A DNA stretch of 64,000 bases from Thermoleophilia bacterium (GTDB taxonomy: Bacteria; Actinomycetota; Thermoleophilia; Gaiellales; Gaiellaceae): assembly GCA_023382435.1 (NCBI GenBank), contig JAHDVS010000008.1, positions 12,272 to 76,271 of the forward strand, in the 5' to 3' direction. This document shows positions 50,583 to 60,281 of this stretch, piece after piece. The notes beneath the pieces are model-generated. The model saw nothing but the letters and a program-made list of their open reading frames with translations. It did not search any database and was not told the origin of the DNA. Positions within the stretch are counted from its first letter, which is position 1. Each line of letters starts with the position of its first letter. The position numbers were made by a program, and so were the translations under genes.

Positions 50583-51709
50583 CCGGCGCGCGCGAGCAGC
50601 ACGTGCGCTGCCACGGCGAGCAGGTAGAAACCGGCGAAAGTCGCCCCCAGCGCCGGATAGCCGCCGAGATGGAGCGCGAGGCCGCCGAGGCTGCTGCCGA
50701 CGAGATAGCCGAGCTGCGTGGCGGAGGCGCGGATTCCCATCGCCGTTACGGCCCGGCCCGGCGCGACCTCGAGACCGACGACGCTCCCGACAATCGTCCG
50801 ACCCGAGTTCAGGAACACGAAGACGGACAGCAGCGCCACCGTCAGCCAGAGGCCCGGGCGAACCGACCCGATCAGCGCGGCGGCGACCGCCGCCCCGAGC
50901 GCGAGCATGACGAGCAGCCGTCTGGGCGAACGGTCGAGGCCGCGTCGTGCGAGCCAGCTTCCGGGTAGGTAGGCGAGGAAGACGACACCCAGCAGGAGCC
51001 CCGTCGTGCGCAGCGAGGCGCCATAGCTCTCGATCAGAAGCGCGCCGGAGTAGACGAGCCAGCCGGTCCAGGCCGAGAAGCAGAGCACCTCCCCGGCCGC
51101 CCAGCCGGCGATCGCCCGGTCACGAACGAGCAGGCCCAGGTCGGCGCGCAGGCTCGTCCGTTGCACCGGGACGGCAGGCAGCGTCGCGACGAGGACGAAC
51201 GCGACCAGCGCCGCGGCGATGGGAAGCGCCACCCAGGTAAGTCGCCAGCTAACCGAGCCGACGAACCCGACCACGGGCATGCCGACGAGCCAGGCGAGCG
51301 CCTGGCCCGAGAACGTGACCGAGAGCGCGTCCGCCCGTCGCTCGGGCGCGATCCAGGCGATCGCACCTGCGACGGCGCCGGCGAGCAGAATGGCGAGCGC
51401 GCCCCCCAGCAGCGCCTGCGCGGCCGCAAGCACCGCGAACGTCGGCGCGGCCGCGCTGAGCCCGCAGGCCGCAGCGAGCAAACCAAGCCCGGCGAGCAGC
51501 ATCCTGCGCAAGCCGAGCCTGCCGGCGAGCGGGCCCGCCGCGAGCGCCGTCATGCCCGCCACGGCCCCCGAGACCGAGCGCAGCTGGCCGGCAGCCGCGG
51601 TCGAGACGTCGAAGTCCCGCGCGATCTCGACGAGGATCGGCGCGAGCACGAGCGTGGCCGACTGGTTCGCGAACAGGGTCAGAGAGAGCGTCGCCGCCGG
51701 CCGGAGCAC
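50579..51709 (-). CDS. MFS transporter
   Basis: About 12 hydrophobic segments; start set to GVG 51709 (read as GTG) (alternative ATG 51769 would lie 3 nt from the divergent SDR start). Confidence 0.8.
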   Translation of the reverse strand: MLRPAATLSLTLFANQSATLVLAPILVEIARDFDVSTAAAGQLRSVSGAVAGMTALAAGPLAGRLGLRRMLLAGLGLLAAACGLSAAAPTFAVLAAAQALLGGALAILLAGAVAGAIAWIAPERRADALSVTFSGQALAWLVGMPVVGFVGSVSWRLTWVALPIAAALVAFVLVATLPAVPVQRTSLRADLGLLVRDRAIAGWAAGEVLCFSAWTGWLVYSGALLIESYGASLRTTGLLLGVVFLAYLPGSWLARRGLDRSPRRLLVMLALGAAVAAALIGSVRPGLWLTVALLSVFVFLNSGRTIVGSVVGLEVAPGRAVTAMGIRASATQLGYLVGSSLGGLALHLGGYPALGATFAGFYLLAVAAHVLLARAG

Positions 51710-51772
51710 CCGCGCACTGTACGGCCGGGGGCCGGGCACCGATCGATCCGCCGGCCGCCGGCCCGGCATCGT

Positions 51773-52564
51773 ATGCTCCCGGTCGTGCCCGATCCCCTCG
51801 ATCGCTTCCGCCTCGATGGCCGCGTCGCGCTCGTCTGCGGCGGTACCGGAGGCATCGGCCTGCCAGTCGCGCGGGCGCTGGCCGCGGCCGGTGCGAGCGT
51901 GGCCGTGGGCGGACGCGACGAGGCGCGCACGCGGGCGGCCGCCGCCGAGGTGGGGCCCCAGGCGCTCGCGGTTGCCGCCGACGTGGTCGTACGGGAGGAA
52001 GCCGACCGCGCGATCGCCGAGACGGTCGAGCGCTTCGGGCGCCTCGACGTGCTCGTGAACGGGGTCGGCGGCGGCGGCACCGGGATTCTCGCGGCCGCCG
52101 AGGACTACCCCGAGGAGAAGTGGAAGCGGATCATGGACCTCAACCTGACGTCGGCGCTGTGGACGTCGGCTGCTGCCGCCCGTCAGATGATCGCCCGGGG
52201 CGGCGGGGGCTCCATCCTCAACGTCTCCTCGGTGCGAGGCCAGCTCGCCCTGCGCGCCGGCTACTCGTCGTACGTGGCCGCCAAGGGGGCGCTCAACATG
52301 CTGACGAAACAGCACGCGACCGAGTGGGCCCCGCACGGGATCCGGGTCAACGCGATCTCGCCCACGTTCGTGCGCACCGCGCAGGTCGCGGACATGCTCG
52401 CGAACCGCGACTTCTACGACGGGATCGTCGCGCGCATCCCGCTCGGGCGGATCGCCGAGCCGGACGACATGGTCGGCGCCGCGCTCTATTTCTGCTCCGA
52501 CGCCTCGGCGTTCGTGACGGGCCAGATCCTCACCCTCGACGGCGGCCTGACCGCGTGCCAGTAA
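51773..52564 (+). CDS. short-chain dehydrogenase/reductase
   Basis: CGGTGGIGL, NGVG, YVAAK motifs. Confidence 0.85.
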   Translation: MLPVVPDPLDRFRLDGRVALVCGGTGGIGLPVARALAAAGASVAVGGRDEARTRAAAAEVGPQALAVAADVVVREEADRAIAETVERFGRLDVLVNGVGGGGTGILAAAEDYPEEKWKRIMDLNLTSALWTSAAAARQMIARGGGGSILNVSSVRGQLALRAGYSSYVAAKGALNMLTKQHATEWAPHGIRVNAISPTFVRTAQVADMLANRDFYDGIVARIPLGRIAEPDDMVGAALYFCSDASAFVTGQILTLDGGLTACQ

Positions 52565-52607
52565 CCGGCGCGGGCCACCCACCGCTCCGAATATCCTTTC
52601 GCACGGC

Positions 52608-53720
52608 ATGAAGGTCGGGATTCCGAAGGAGACGGCTGCCGGCGAGCGCCGCGTGGCCCTCACCCCGGATGCCCCGGCAAGGCTCTCGGCGGCGGGGATC
52701 GAGGTCCTGGTCGAGTCCGGGGCCGGTGCGGCGGCGGGCTTTCTCGATTCCTCGTTCGCGGAGGCCGGGGCGCGGATCGTGCCCGACGTGGCGGCGCTGT
52801 ACGCCGAGTCCGACCTCGTCGCCAAGGTGCAGCGGCCCTCCGACGCCGAGGTCGCGCTCCTGCGCGACGGCCAGGCGCTCGTCTGCCCGCTCCAGCCGCT
52901 CGTCAACACCGACCTCGTCGCCGCGATCGCCGCCCGCGGCGCGACGGCGTTCTCGATCGACACGATCCCCAGGATCTCGCGCGCGCAGTCGATGGACGTG
53001 CTCTCCTCGCAGGCGACGGTCGCCGGGTACAAGGCGGTGCTCCTCGCAGCGACGTCGCTCGGCAAGTTCTTCCCGATGCTCACGACGGCCGCCGGCACGA
53101 TCCCACCCGCCAGGGTGCTCGTCCTCGGGGCCGGAGTCGCGGGCCTCCAGGCGATCGCAACCGCCCGGCGGCTCGGCGCCGTCGTGTCCGCGTTCGACAC
53201 CCGGGCCGTCGTGAAGGAACAGGTCGAGAGCCTCGGTGCCACGTTCCTCGAGCTCGAGATCGAGGGCGGGGAGACGGCTGGCGGCTACGCGACGGAGCTG
53301 TCGGAGGAGCAGCATCGCCGGGAGCAGGAGCTGATTGCGAGCGCCGTTGCGGACTCCGATGCCGTCGTCACCACCGCCGCGATCCCGGGCAGGCGCGCGC
53401 CCGTCCTGATCACCGCGGAGGCTGTGCGCTCCATGCGACCCGGATCGGTGATCGTCGACCTGGCCGCCGAGACCGGTGGCAACTGCGAGCTCACGTCCCC
53501 GGGCGAGACGGTCGAGCGCGAGGGCGTCACGATCGTCGGCCTCACCGGGCTGCCGAGCACGATGCCCCAGGACGCCAGCCGCATGTACTCGCGCAACGTC
53601 CAGAGCCTGCTCCTCCACCTCGTCAAGGACGGGGAGCTCGAGCTCGACTTCGACGACGAGATCACCCGCGGCACCTGCATCGCCCACGCCGGCCGCCCCC
53701 TCGAGAGGGTGACCGCGTGA
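52608..53720 (+). CDS. pntAA: NAD(P) transhydrogenase subunit alpha part 1
   Basis: MKVGIPKETAAGERRVALTP..., VLGAGVAGLQAIATARRLGA Rossmann motif. Confidence 0.9.
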   Translation: MKVGIPKETAAGERRVALTPDAPARLSAAGIEVLVESGAGAAAGFLDSSFAEAGARIVPDVAALYAESDLVAKVQRPSDAEVALLRDGQALVCPLQPLVNTDLVAAIAARGATAFSIDTIPRISRAQSMDVLSSQATVAGYKAVLLAATSLGKFFPMLTTAAGTIPPARVLVLGAGVAGLQAIATARRLGAVVSAFDTRAVVKEQVESLGATFLELEIEGGETAGGYATELSEEQHRREQELIASAVADSDAVVTTAAIPGRRAPVLITAEAVRSMRPGSVIVDLAAETGGNCELTSPGETVEREGVTIVGLTGLPSTMPQDASRMYSRNVQSLLLHLVKDGELELDFDDEITRGTCIAHAGRPLERVTA

Positions 53721-54013
53721 CCCCCGCCCTGATCGCCAGCCTGACCATCTTCGCGCTCTCCGCGTTCCTCGGCTTCACCCTCATCTCGCGCGTGCCGACG
53801 CTCCTGCACACGCCCCTGATGTCGGGCACCAACGCGATCTCGGGCATCGTCCTCGTCGGGGCCCTGCTCGTGGCCGCGCACGCCGACGGCGCGCTCGAGA
53901 ACGCGCTCGCGTTCATCGCGATCGTGCTCTCGACCGTCAACGTGGTCGGCGGCTACCTGGTCACCGACCGGATGCTCGAGATGTTCAAGCGTAAGCCGGA
54001 GTCGCGCGAGTGA
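53717..54013 (+). CDS. pntAB: NAD(P) transhydrogenase subunit alpha part 2 (membrane)
   Basis: 98-aa hydrophobic protein; GTGA overlaps on both sides. Confidence 0.85.
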   Translation: MTPALIASLTIFALSAFLGFTLISRVPTLLHTPLMSGTNAISGIVLVGALLVAAHADGALENALAFIAIVLSTVNVVGGYLVTDRMLEMFKRKPESRE

Positions 54014-55416
54014 CGCCGCCGCTTGCCGTCTCCCAGAACGTCGTCGACCTCGCGTACGTCGCCGCCGCCGTCGCGTTCATCATCGGCATGCAACGACTCA
54101 GCTCGCCGAAAACCGCGCGGTCCGGCGTGTGGGTGGCCGCGATCGGGATGGCGATCGCGATCGTCTTCACGCTGCTCCTGCCCGAGGTCGACAATTACGG
54201 GCTGATCGCAGCGGCGCTGGCGGTCGGGGCCGTGATCGGCGCGATCTCTGCCCGCAAGGTGAAGATGACCGCGATGCCGCAGATGGTGGCCGTGTTCAAC
54301 GGCCTCGGCGGCGGCGCGGCCGTGCTCGTCGCGTACCGCGAGTTCGACCGGCTGGCGCCCCTGCCCGGCGCGCTGTCCGGCGATGTGCTTGCCGCCGCGC
54401 TCTTCTCCGCGCTGGTCGGGGCGCTCACGTTCACGGGCAGCATGCTCGCCTTCGTCAAGCTCCAGGAGCTGATGCCGGGCCGACCGATCACGTTCGGCGG
54501 CCAGCAGCTCGTCAACGCGGCCCTCATCGTCGCGGCGCTCGGATTCGCGGTAGCCGGCGGCGTCACCGAGGACACGGCCTGGCTGATCGGCCTGATCGCT
54601 GTCTCGCTCGGCTTCGGCGTCCTGTTCGTGCTGCCGATCGGCGGCGCCGACATGCCGGTCGTGATCGCCTTCCTGAACGCGTTCTCCGGCCTCTCCGCCG
54701 TCGCCGCCGGGTTCGTGCTCGGCAACAACGCCCTGATCATCGGCGGCACGCTCGTCGGGGCATCCGGAACGCTCCTGACGCTCCTGATGGCCCGGGCGAT
54801 GAACCGCTCGGTCACGAACGTGCTCTTCGGGGCCTTCGGGGCAGCCCCCTCGGGCGCGGCCGCGGCCGTCTCCGCCGACGGACGCACCGTGCGCGAGGTC
54901 TCGCCCGACGACCTCTCCGTGATGCTCGCCTATGCGAAGCAGGTGATGATCGTTCCCGGCTACGGGCTCGCGGTCGCGCAGGCCCAGCACGCAGTGCGCG
55001 AGCTGGCGGACATCCTCGAGGGGCGCGGCGTCGCCGTCCGTTACGCCATCCACCCGGTGGCGGGACGGATGCCGGGCCACATGAACGTCCTGCTCGCGGA
55101 GGCGGACGTGCCGTACCCGCAACTGCTCGACATGGAGCAGGCCAACCCGCAATTCCCGCGCACCGATGTCGCGCTCGTGATCGGGGCGAACGACGTGACG
55201 AACCCGGCCGCGCGCTCGAACCCCGAGAGCCCGCTCTACGGGATGCCGATCCTGGACGTCGACCGGGCCCAGAACGTCGTCGTGATGAAGCGGTCGATGG
55301 CGAGCGGCTTCGCCGGCGTCGACAACGAGCTCTACTTCGACCCGCGCACGGCGATGCTGTTCGGGGACGCCAAGGCCTCGCTCGAGAAGTTGATCCTCGT
55401 CACGAAGTCCGCCTAG
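54010..55416 (+). CDS. pntB: NAD(P) transhydrogenase subunit beta
   Basis: 468 aa; PGYGLAVAQAQH and VIGANDVTNPAA motifs. Confidence 0.92.
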   Translation: MTPPLAVSQNVVDLAYVAAAVAFIIGMQRLSSPKTARSGVWVAAIGMAIAIVFTLLLPEVDNYGLIAAALAVGAVIGAISARKVKMTAMPQMVAVFNGLGGGAAVLVAYREFDRLAPLPGALSGDVLAAALFSALVGALTFTGSMLAFVKLQELMPGRPITFGGQQLVNAALIVAALGFAVAGGVTEDTAWLIGLIAVSLGFGVLFVLPIGGADMPVVIAFLNAFSGLSAVAAGFVLGNNALIIGGTLVGASGTLLTLLMARAMNRSVTNVLFGAFGAAPSGAAAAVSADGRTVREVSPDDLSVMLAYAKQVMIVPGYGLAVAQAQHAVRELADILEGRGVAVRYAIHPVAGRMPGHMNVLLAEADVPYPQLLDMEQANPQFPRTDVALVIGANDVTNPAARSNPESPLYGMPILDVDRAQNVVVMKRSMASGFAGVDNELYFDPRTAMLFGDAKASLEKLILVTKSA

Positions 55417-55419
55417 GAT
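55414..55419 (+). promoter_or_regulatory. -10-like hexamer TAGGAT, 6 nt upstream of the DUF4389 ATG (overlaps the pntB stop)
   Basis: CTAGGATTG 9-mer identical to the one upstream of purM. Confidence 0.3.
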
Positions 55420-55425
55420 TGCGGG

Positions 55426-56016
55426 ATGGCGGCGCCGTACCCCGTCACCTTCGACGCGGAACAGCCGGAGCGCTACGACCGACCGCAGGCAGCACTGCGG
55501 CTCGTGATCCTCATCCTGCTCTCGCTCGTCGGCTCGGTGCTCGGCTGGTTGTTCGGGGTCGTCTACCTCGTGGTCCCGGTGGCAGCGGCGATCCTCGTCC
55601 AGCAGGCGGGCGCGTCCGGCTACCTCGCGCGGGAGACAGACCGGGTCAGCGGCTGGCTGCGCTGGCTCGTCGCTGTCTACGCGTGGCTGTTGTTCCTCAC
55701 GGACCGGTTCCCGTCCGGCGCCGAGCCAGGCGTCAGCTTCGGGGTCACCCCCGGGGGCTCGCCCACGACCGGCTCGGCGCTGCTGCGGCTCGTCACGAGT
55801 ATCCCGAGCGGGGTACTGCTCGTGCTCCTCGGGCTCGTGTCCGGGCTCGCCTGGATCGTCGAGCTCGTGACCGTGCTCGTCTACGAGAGCGTGCCCCGCT
55901 CGCTGTACGGCTTCCAGCGCGGCGTCGTGCGCTGGCTCGCGCGCCTGCTCGGCTACCACGCCTCGCTCGTCGAGGAGTACCCGCCGTTCTCGCTCGACAC
56001 GGGCCGGGAAGCGTAG
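55426..56016 (+). CDS. DUF4389-like membrane protein
   Basis: 196 aa; two hydrophobic hairpins, LLFLTDRFP and ..EEYPPFSL end typical of DUF4389 (from memory). Confidence 0.6.
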   Translation: MAAPYPVTFDAEQPERYDRPQAALRLVILILLSLVGSVLGWLFGVVYLVVPVAAAILVQQAGASGYLARETDRVSGWLRWLVAVYAWLLFLTDRFPSGAEPGVSFGVTPGGSPTTGSALLRLVTSIPSGVLLVLLGLVSGLAWIVELVTVLVYESVPRSLYGFQRGVVRWLARLLGYHASLVEEYPPFSLDTGREA

Positions 56017-56066
56017 CTGGGGCTCGGCACGCCACGACGGCCAGCCCGACCTGCATACTGCGCATT

Positions 56067-57005
56067 GTGAAGGGCTTCGCACGGGTCCACCCCCTGGCCG
56101 CGATCGGCGTGCTCGCGCTCGTCCTCGCGGCGACGGCCTGCGGCGGCGACGAGATCGCCGGGGGCACCTCTCCCGGTACGACCGCCGAGCCCCCGGCGAC
56201 GACCGAGACCCCGCCCGAGACGGCCACGGAGCCGGCCGAGACCGGCGAGACGGAGACGGAGACGGAGGCGCCGGTCGAGACGATCAGCATCTCCGTCTAC
56301 CTCCTGCGCGGCGAGAAGGTCGGCGTCGCGCACCGCACCGTCGACAAGCAGGAGACGGTCGGGACGGCCGCGCTCGAGGAGCTCCTGCGGGGCCCGACCC
56401 CAGAGGAGGCCGCGGCGGGACTCGGCACGTCGATCCCGGAGGGCACGACCCTGAACGGGCTCACGATCGAGGACGGCATCGCCACGGTCGACCTCTCGGG
56501 CGAGTACGACGATGGTGGCGGCTCGCTCGCGATGTTCACCCGACTCGCCCAGGTGGTGCACACGCTGACCCAGTTCCCGACCGTGCAGGGCGTCCTGTTC
56601 CAGCTCGACGGGGAGCCGGTCGAGACGTTCTCGTCCGAGGGCATCATGCTCGACGGCCCGCAGACGCGGGAGGATTACGAGGACCAGGCACCCCCGACGC
56701 TCGTCGAGACGCCGGCAGTGGGCGACGCCTTGCCGAGCCCGCTTCGCCTCAGTGGGACGTCCAACGTGTTCGAGGCGACCTCGAACTACGAGCTGCTGGA
56801 CGCGACCGGCGCCGTGATCGCCGAGGGCTTCGTCACCGCCAGCTGCGGCACCGGCTGCCGCGGCACGTTCGACGTCGAGGTCCCGTTCGAGTGGTCGGGC
56901 GAGCCGAGGGGCACCCTGCTCGTGTTCGAGCTCTCCGCGCAGGACGGCTCCCGCGTGAACGTGGTCGAGATCCCGCTCGCGTTCGCCCCGGCGCCCTGCT
57001 GTTAG
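56067..57005 (+). CDS. lipoprotein with GerMN and Gmad2-like Ig domains
   Basis: Track ORF trimmed to GTG 56067; lipobox AATAC, Thr/Pro/Glu linker, GTAALEELLRGPT..GL.T.IP.GT (GerMN-like), C-terminal SGTSNVFEATSNYELLDA (Gmad2-like). Confidence 0.7.
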   Translation: MKGFARVHPLAAIGVLALVLAATACGGDEIAGGTSPGTTAEPPATTETPPETATEPAETGETETETEAPVETISISVYLLRGEKVGVAHRTVDKQETVGTAALEELLRGPTPEEAAAGLGTSIPEGTTLNGLTIEDGIATVDLSGEYDDGGGSLAMFTRLAQVVHTLTQFPTVQGVLFQLDGEPVETFSSEGIMLDGPQTREDYEDQAPPTLVETPAVGDALPSPLRLSGTSNVFEATSNYELLDATGAVIAEGFVTASCGTGCRGTFDVEVPFEWSGEPRGTLLVFELSAQDGSRVNVVEIPLAFAPAPCC

Positions 57006-57027
57006 GCGCCGTCGGAGCTCCCGTCGC

Positions 57028-58491
57028 TCAGTCTCGCAGGAACTGCTCGACCAGCTCGACCGCCCGCGTCTTGTCGGCGATCGTGTAGGCGAGCGCGGTC
57101 ATCCGGTAGGAGTCGGAGAGGTAGAAGCGCTCGTACAGCTCGCCGCGGCCGCCGAGATCGGAGCCGACGAAGTCCCACGCGAGCCGGAACAGCCGGATCC
57201 GCCGCTCGGCGTCCGCGCCCGCGGCCTGGAAGTAGACGGCGATCGCTTCGCCGATCGGCCCGTTCACATCGGCCTCGGAGGGGGTGCACATGAAGCCGCC
57301 GCCGCCGATCAGCTGGAGCAACTCGTTCACGCGCGGCATCCACTTCGGCATCTCGCCCCGTAGGGCGAGGAAGGGACGGTCGTCCGGGTACCAGACCCCG
57401 CCCTCGTCGAGGGCCGAGCCGGCCTCGGCGGCCACGATCGCCGAGCGGGTCAGCTCGACCATGTTCCAGATCTGGCCGAGCTTCTCCTGGATGTGGTCGA
57501 AGCGCACGACCCCGGTCGTGTTCCCGAGCAGGTGACCGATCCCGAACGCGAACAGGAGCTTCACGTAGGCGCGCGTGAACGCCTGGTGCATGATGTGGCC
57601 GCGCCAGCCGGTGTCGGTGATCACCTCCGAGTAGCCGACCGGGTCGCCGCAGAGGAAGACCCGCTCCCAGGGAACGACGACGTCGTCGAAGATCGCGACC
57701 GCGTCCATCTCGTCGAAGCGCGACGAGAGCGGGTAGTCAAAGGCGCTGCGGCCCTTCGCGAACGAGTCCCGGCAGACGAACTTCAGCCCCGGCGTCGCGA
57801 TCGGGATCGCGAACGCGAGCGCGTAATTGCCGTCCTGCGGGCGGATATCGGAGCCCGGGTAGACGCTCAGCTCGTCGGCGAACGGGGCCAGCGTGGCCAG
57901 CATCCGGGCGCCGCGCACGACGATGCCCTCGCTCGCCTCCCCGACCTTGTGCAGCGCGACCTCGCCGGCGGCCTGCTCCGCCTCTGGCTTCGAGCGGTCG
58001 ACCTGCGGATTGATGATCGAGTGCGTGGTCGAGAGGTCGCGGTCGCGCATCTCCTTCTGGTAGCTGACGATGTTGGCCGCCCCGCGCTCGTTGCCCCGCC
58101 GCGCCCACACGTCCGCGCGGCCGGCGAAGCAGGCGAACGTGACGTTCAGGTAGTCGGGCGTGCGGCCCATCATCCCGGCGGTCGCGCCCGCGATCAGCTC
58201 GAACGCGCGGCGGCGGCGCTCGAGGTCGTCCCGCGAGCGCGGGATCAGGTGGGTGACCCCCACGAGCGAGCCATCGTCGGGGGAGGGCATCAGCAGCTCG
58301 TCGGGGTGCTCATGCTGGAGGTCGAAGACGCGCGCGAGCGAGCGGGCACCCTGCTCGAGTTTCGGGTGCTCGAGCGGGTTGCCGATCCGCTCGCCCTCGA
58401 GCCAGATCTCGCGCTCGCCCCTCGCCAGCCCCTCGAGGAACTGCTGCCCGGTGCGGGCGCGCACTTTCGGGGTCGTCTCGGTCGTGGCCAT
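57028..58491 (-). CDS. hpaB: 4-hydroxyphenylacetate 3-monooxygenase oxygenase component family
   Basis: 487 aa; HSIINPQVDRSK and the overall HpaB-type pattern. Confidence 0.88.
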   Translation of the reverse strand: MATTETTPKVRARTGQQFLEGLARGEREIWLEGERIGNPLEHPKLEQGARSLARVFDLQHEHPDELLMPSPDDGSLVGVTHLIPRSRDDLERRRRAFELIAGATAGMMGRTPDYLNVTFACFAGRADVWARRGNERGAANIVSYQKEMRDRDLSTTHSIINPQVDRSKPEAEQAAGEVALHKVGEASEGIVVRGARMLATLAPFADELSVYPGSDIRPQDGNYALAFAIPIATPGLKFVCRDSFAKGRSAFDYPLSSRFDEMDAVAIFDDVVVPWERVFLCGDPVGYSEVITDTGWRGHIMHQAFTRAYVKLLFAFGIGHLLGNTTGVVRFDHIQEKLGQIWNMVELTRSAIVAAEAGSALDEGGVWYPDDRPFLALRGEMPKWMPRVNELLQLIGGGGFMCTPSEADVNGPIGEAIAVYFQAAGADAERRIRLFRLAWDFVGSDLGGRGELYERFYLSDSYRMTALAYTIADKTRAVELVEQFLRD

Positions 58492-58500
58492 GGGCTCTCC

Positions 58501-59424
58501 TCAGGCTGGGGGCAGGGGGATGCCGAGCGTCTCGAGGCTCTGGCGCTCGGATTCGACCGCGGCGGCGTCGAAGCGGAAGTAGGAGCGGGGCGGCAGCGGG
58601 CCCCAGGTGTTGGACGAGTAGCGGTCGTCCGGGTAGCTGCGCGGGACGTGGCCGTCCTGGAGCTGCTCCATGTCGCAGTAGAGCTCGACGAAGCATTCCT
58701 CCTCGACGATCCGCACGTAGCTCGCGATGTTGCCCGCGATTCCGTGGCGGGTCGGGCCCCAGCCGAGCCAGCGCCCGTGACGGGCGAGGTGGTCGAGCAG
58801 GTCGCGCTGCTTGCCGATGTCGACCGTCTCGAAGGCCAGGTGGTGGAAGTGCGCGTAGCCCTTGTCGACTAGCGCCATCACGTGGTGGTCCGAGTTGACG
58901 TGGAACCAGACGCCGCCGTCTCCCAGCCAGTCGGAGACCCGCATCCCGAGCACCTCGGTGTAGAAGCGGACTCCCCCCTCGATGTCGGCCGTCAGGCAGT
59001 TGACGTGGCCGAGCTTGCGCGGCCCGCCCACGTGTACCGTCCGTGACGGGCGGGCGTGCTGGGGCCAGCGTTCGACCTCCGAGGCGGCGGGGCGGTGGGG
59101 CATCAGCTCGACGCCGCGGCCGTCGGGATCGCGGACGTACAGGCCCCCGTCGCGCTCCTCCCAGCCGGCGCCGTGGCTCTCGAGGTGGGCGCGCGCGTGG
59201 TCGAGCGAGCAGCCGGGGGCAAGCTCGAAGCCGGTGTGATCGTGGCCGGGCGCCCCGCCCTCGACGAGCTCGAGGCAGTAGGGCTCGTCGTTGCAGGCAA
59301 GCAGGGCGCGGCCTCCCTCACGGGAACGCTCGGCGAGCCCGAGCTGGAGCGCCCAGCGCGGCGCCGCTTCGGCGAGGTCGGCGACGCGCAGGCAGACATG
59401 GTCGATCCGCGAGAGCCGGATCAC
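58501..59424 (-). CDS. type I extradiol ring-cleavage dioxygenase (two VOC modules)
   Basis: 307 aa from GTG 59424 (VIRLSRIDHVCLRV...); LGHVNCLT, HHLAFE metal-ligand contexts; GTGA overlap upstream. Confidence 0.85.
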   Translation of the reverse strand: MIRLSRIDHVCLRVADLAEAAPRWALQLGLAERSREGGRALLACNDEPYCLELVEGGAPGHDHTGFELAPGCSLDHARAHLESHGAGWEERDGGLYVRDPDGRGVELMPHRPAASEVERWPQHARPSRTVHVGGPRKLGHVNCLTADIEGGVRFYTEVLGMRVSDWLGDGGVWFHVNSDHHVMALVDKGYAHFHHLAFETVDIGKQRDLLDHLARHGRWLGWGPTRHGIAGNIASYVRIVEEECFVELYCDMEQLQDGHVPRSYPDDRYSSNTWGPLPPRSYFRFDAAAVESERQSLETLGIPLPPA

Positions 59425-60281
59425 GGCCCGATCCTCCCCTCCCGGACGCGACGCTCCGCCTCCTCCTCCGGGATCGCGAGCGCGACGTGCAGCGTGGCCG
59501 CGGAGACCTCCGGCTGCTCGCCCGGGCCGGAGAGGTCGGCGTCCCACTCGACCACCCGGCTCTCGAGCCGGCCGAGCCCGCTGACCTCGACCTCGACCAC
59601 GTCTCCGGGCCGCATCGGCCGCGAGTTGGCGGGCGTGCCGGTCAGGACGACGTCGCCCGGCTCGAGCGTGATCAGCCGGCAGAGGTCGGCGAGCTGGTAG
59701 GTGACCGGCCAGATCAGATCGCCGGCGGTCGCCTCCTGGACGACGGCGCCGTTCAGGTAGGTGCGCAGCGTGTAGGAGGACGGATCCCATTCCCCGGCCG
59801 GGACGAGCTCCGGGCCGAGCGGCAGGAAGCCGTCCTGGCCCTTGACGCGCAGCATCGAGCCCCGGTCGGCGTGGCGGAAATCGTGCAGGCCGACGTCGTT
59901 CGCGCACGCGAACCCGGCCAGGTGCTCGAGCACGCAATCCTCGGGGACGCCTTTCATCCGCCGGCCGACAACGGCCGCGACCTCACCCTCGTAGTTGAGG
60001 AAGCTCGTCCCGGCAGGCCGGCGGAGCTGGCCGCGGTGGCCGTTCAGGGTCGAGGGCGGCTTCAGGAAGTACGATGGCTCCGTCGGCGTGCGCGCCCCGT
60101 ACTCCTCGATCCGCGAGCGGTAGGCGAGGTGGACCGCGATCACTTTCGTCGGCTCGGCGGGGGCCAGGTAGGCGGCCCCGGCCTCCGAGATCCGCTCGCC
60201 ACCGTCGAGCACGAGTTCCGGGCCGTCCAGCCTGCCCCAGCGCGCCTCGCCGCCGAACCAGACGCGCACGCTTCCGCTCAC
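59421..60281 (-). CDS. fumarylacetoacetate hydrolase-family protein (HpaG-like isomerase/decarboxylase)
   Basis: 286 aa from GTG 60281; NYEGEVAAVVG and LEPGDVVLTGTP motifs. Confidence 0.85.
   Translation of the reverse strand: MSGSVRVWFGGEARWGRLDGPELVLDGGERISEAGAAYLAPAEPTKVIAVHLAYRSRIEEYGARTPTEPSYFLKPPSTLNGHRGQLRRPAGTSFLNYEGEVAAVVGRRMKGVPEDCVLEHLAGFACANDVGLHDFRHADRGSMLRVKGQDGFLPLGPELVPAGEWDPSSYTLRTYLNGAVVQEATAGDLIWPVTYQLADLCRLITLEPGDVVLTGTPANSRPMRPGDVVEVEVSGLGRLESRVVEWDADLSGPGEQPEVSAATLHVALAIPEEEAERRVREGRIGP

Noticed and set aside
51767-51769. ATG 51769 as the MFS transporter start
   Set aside because: It would sit 3 nt from the divergent SDR ATG (51773), leaving no promoter space, and would add a non-hydrophobic Arg/Pro-rich leader. 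GTG 51709 just before the first TM segment is preferred, though the choice remains uncertain.
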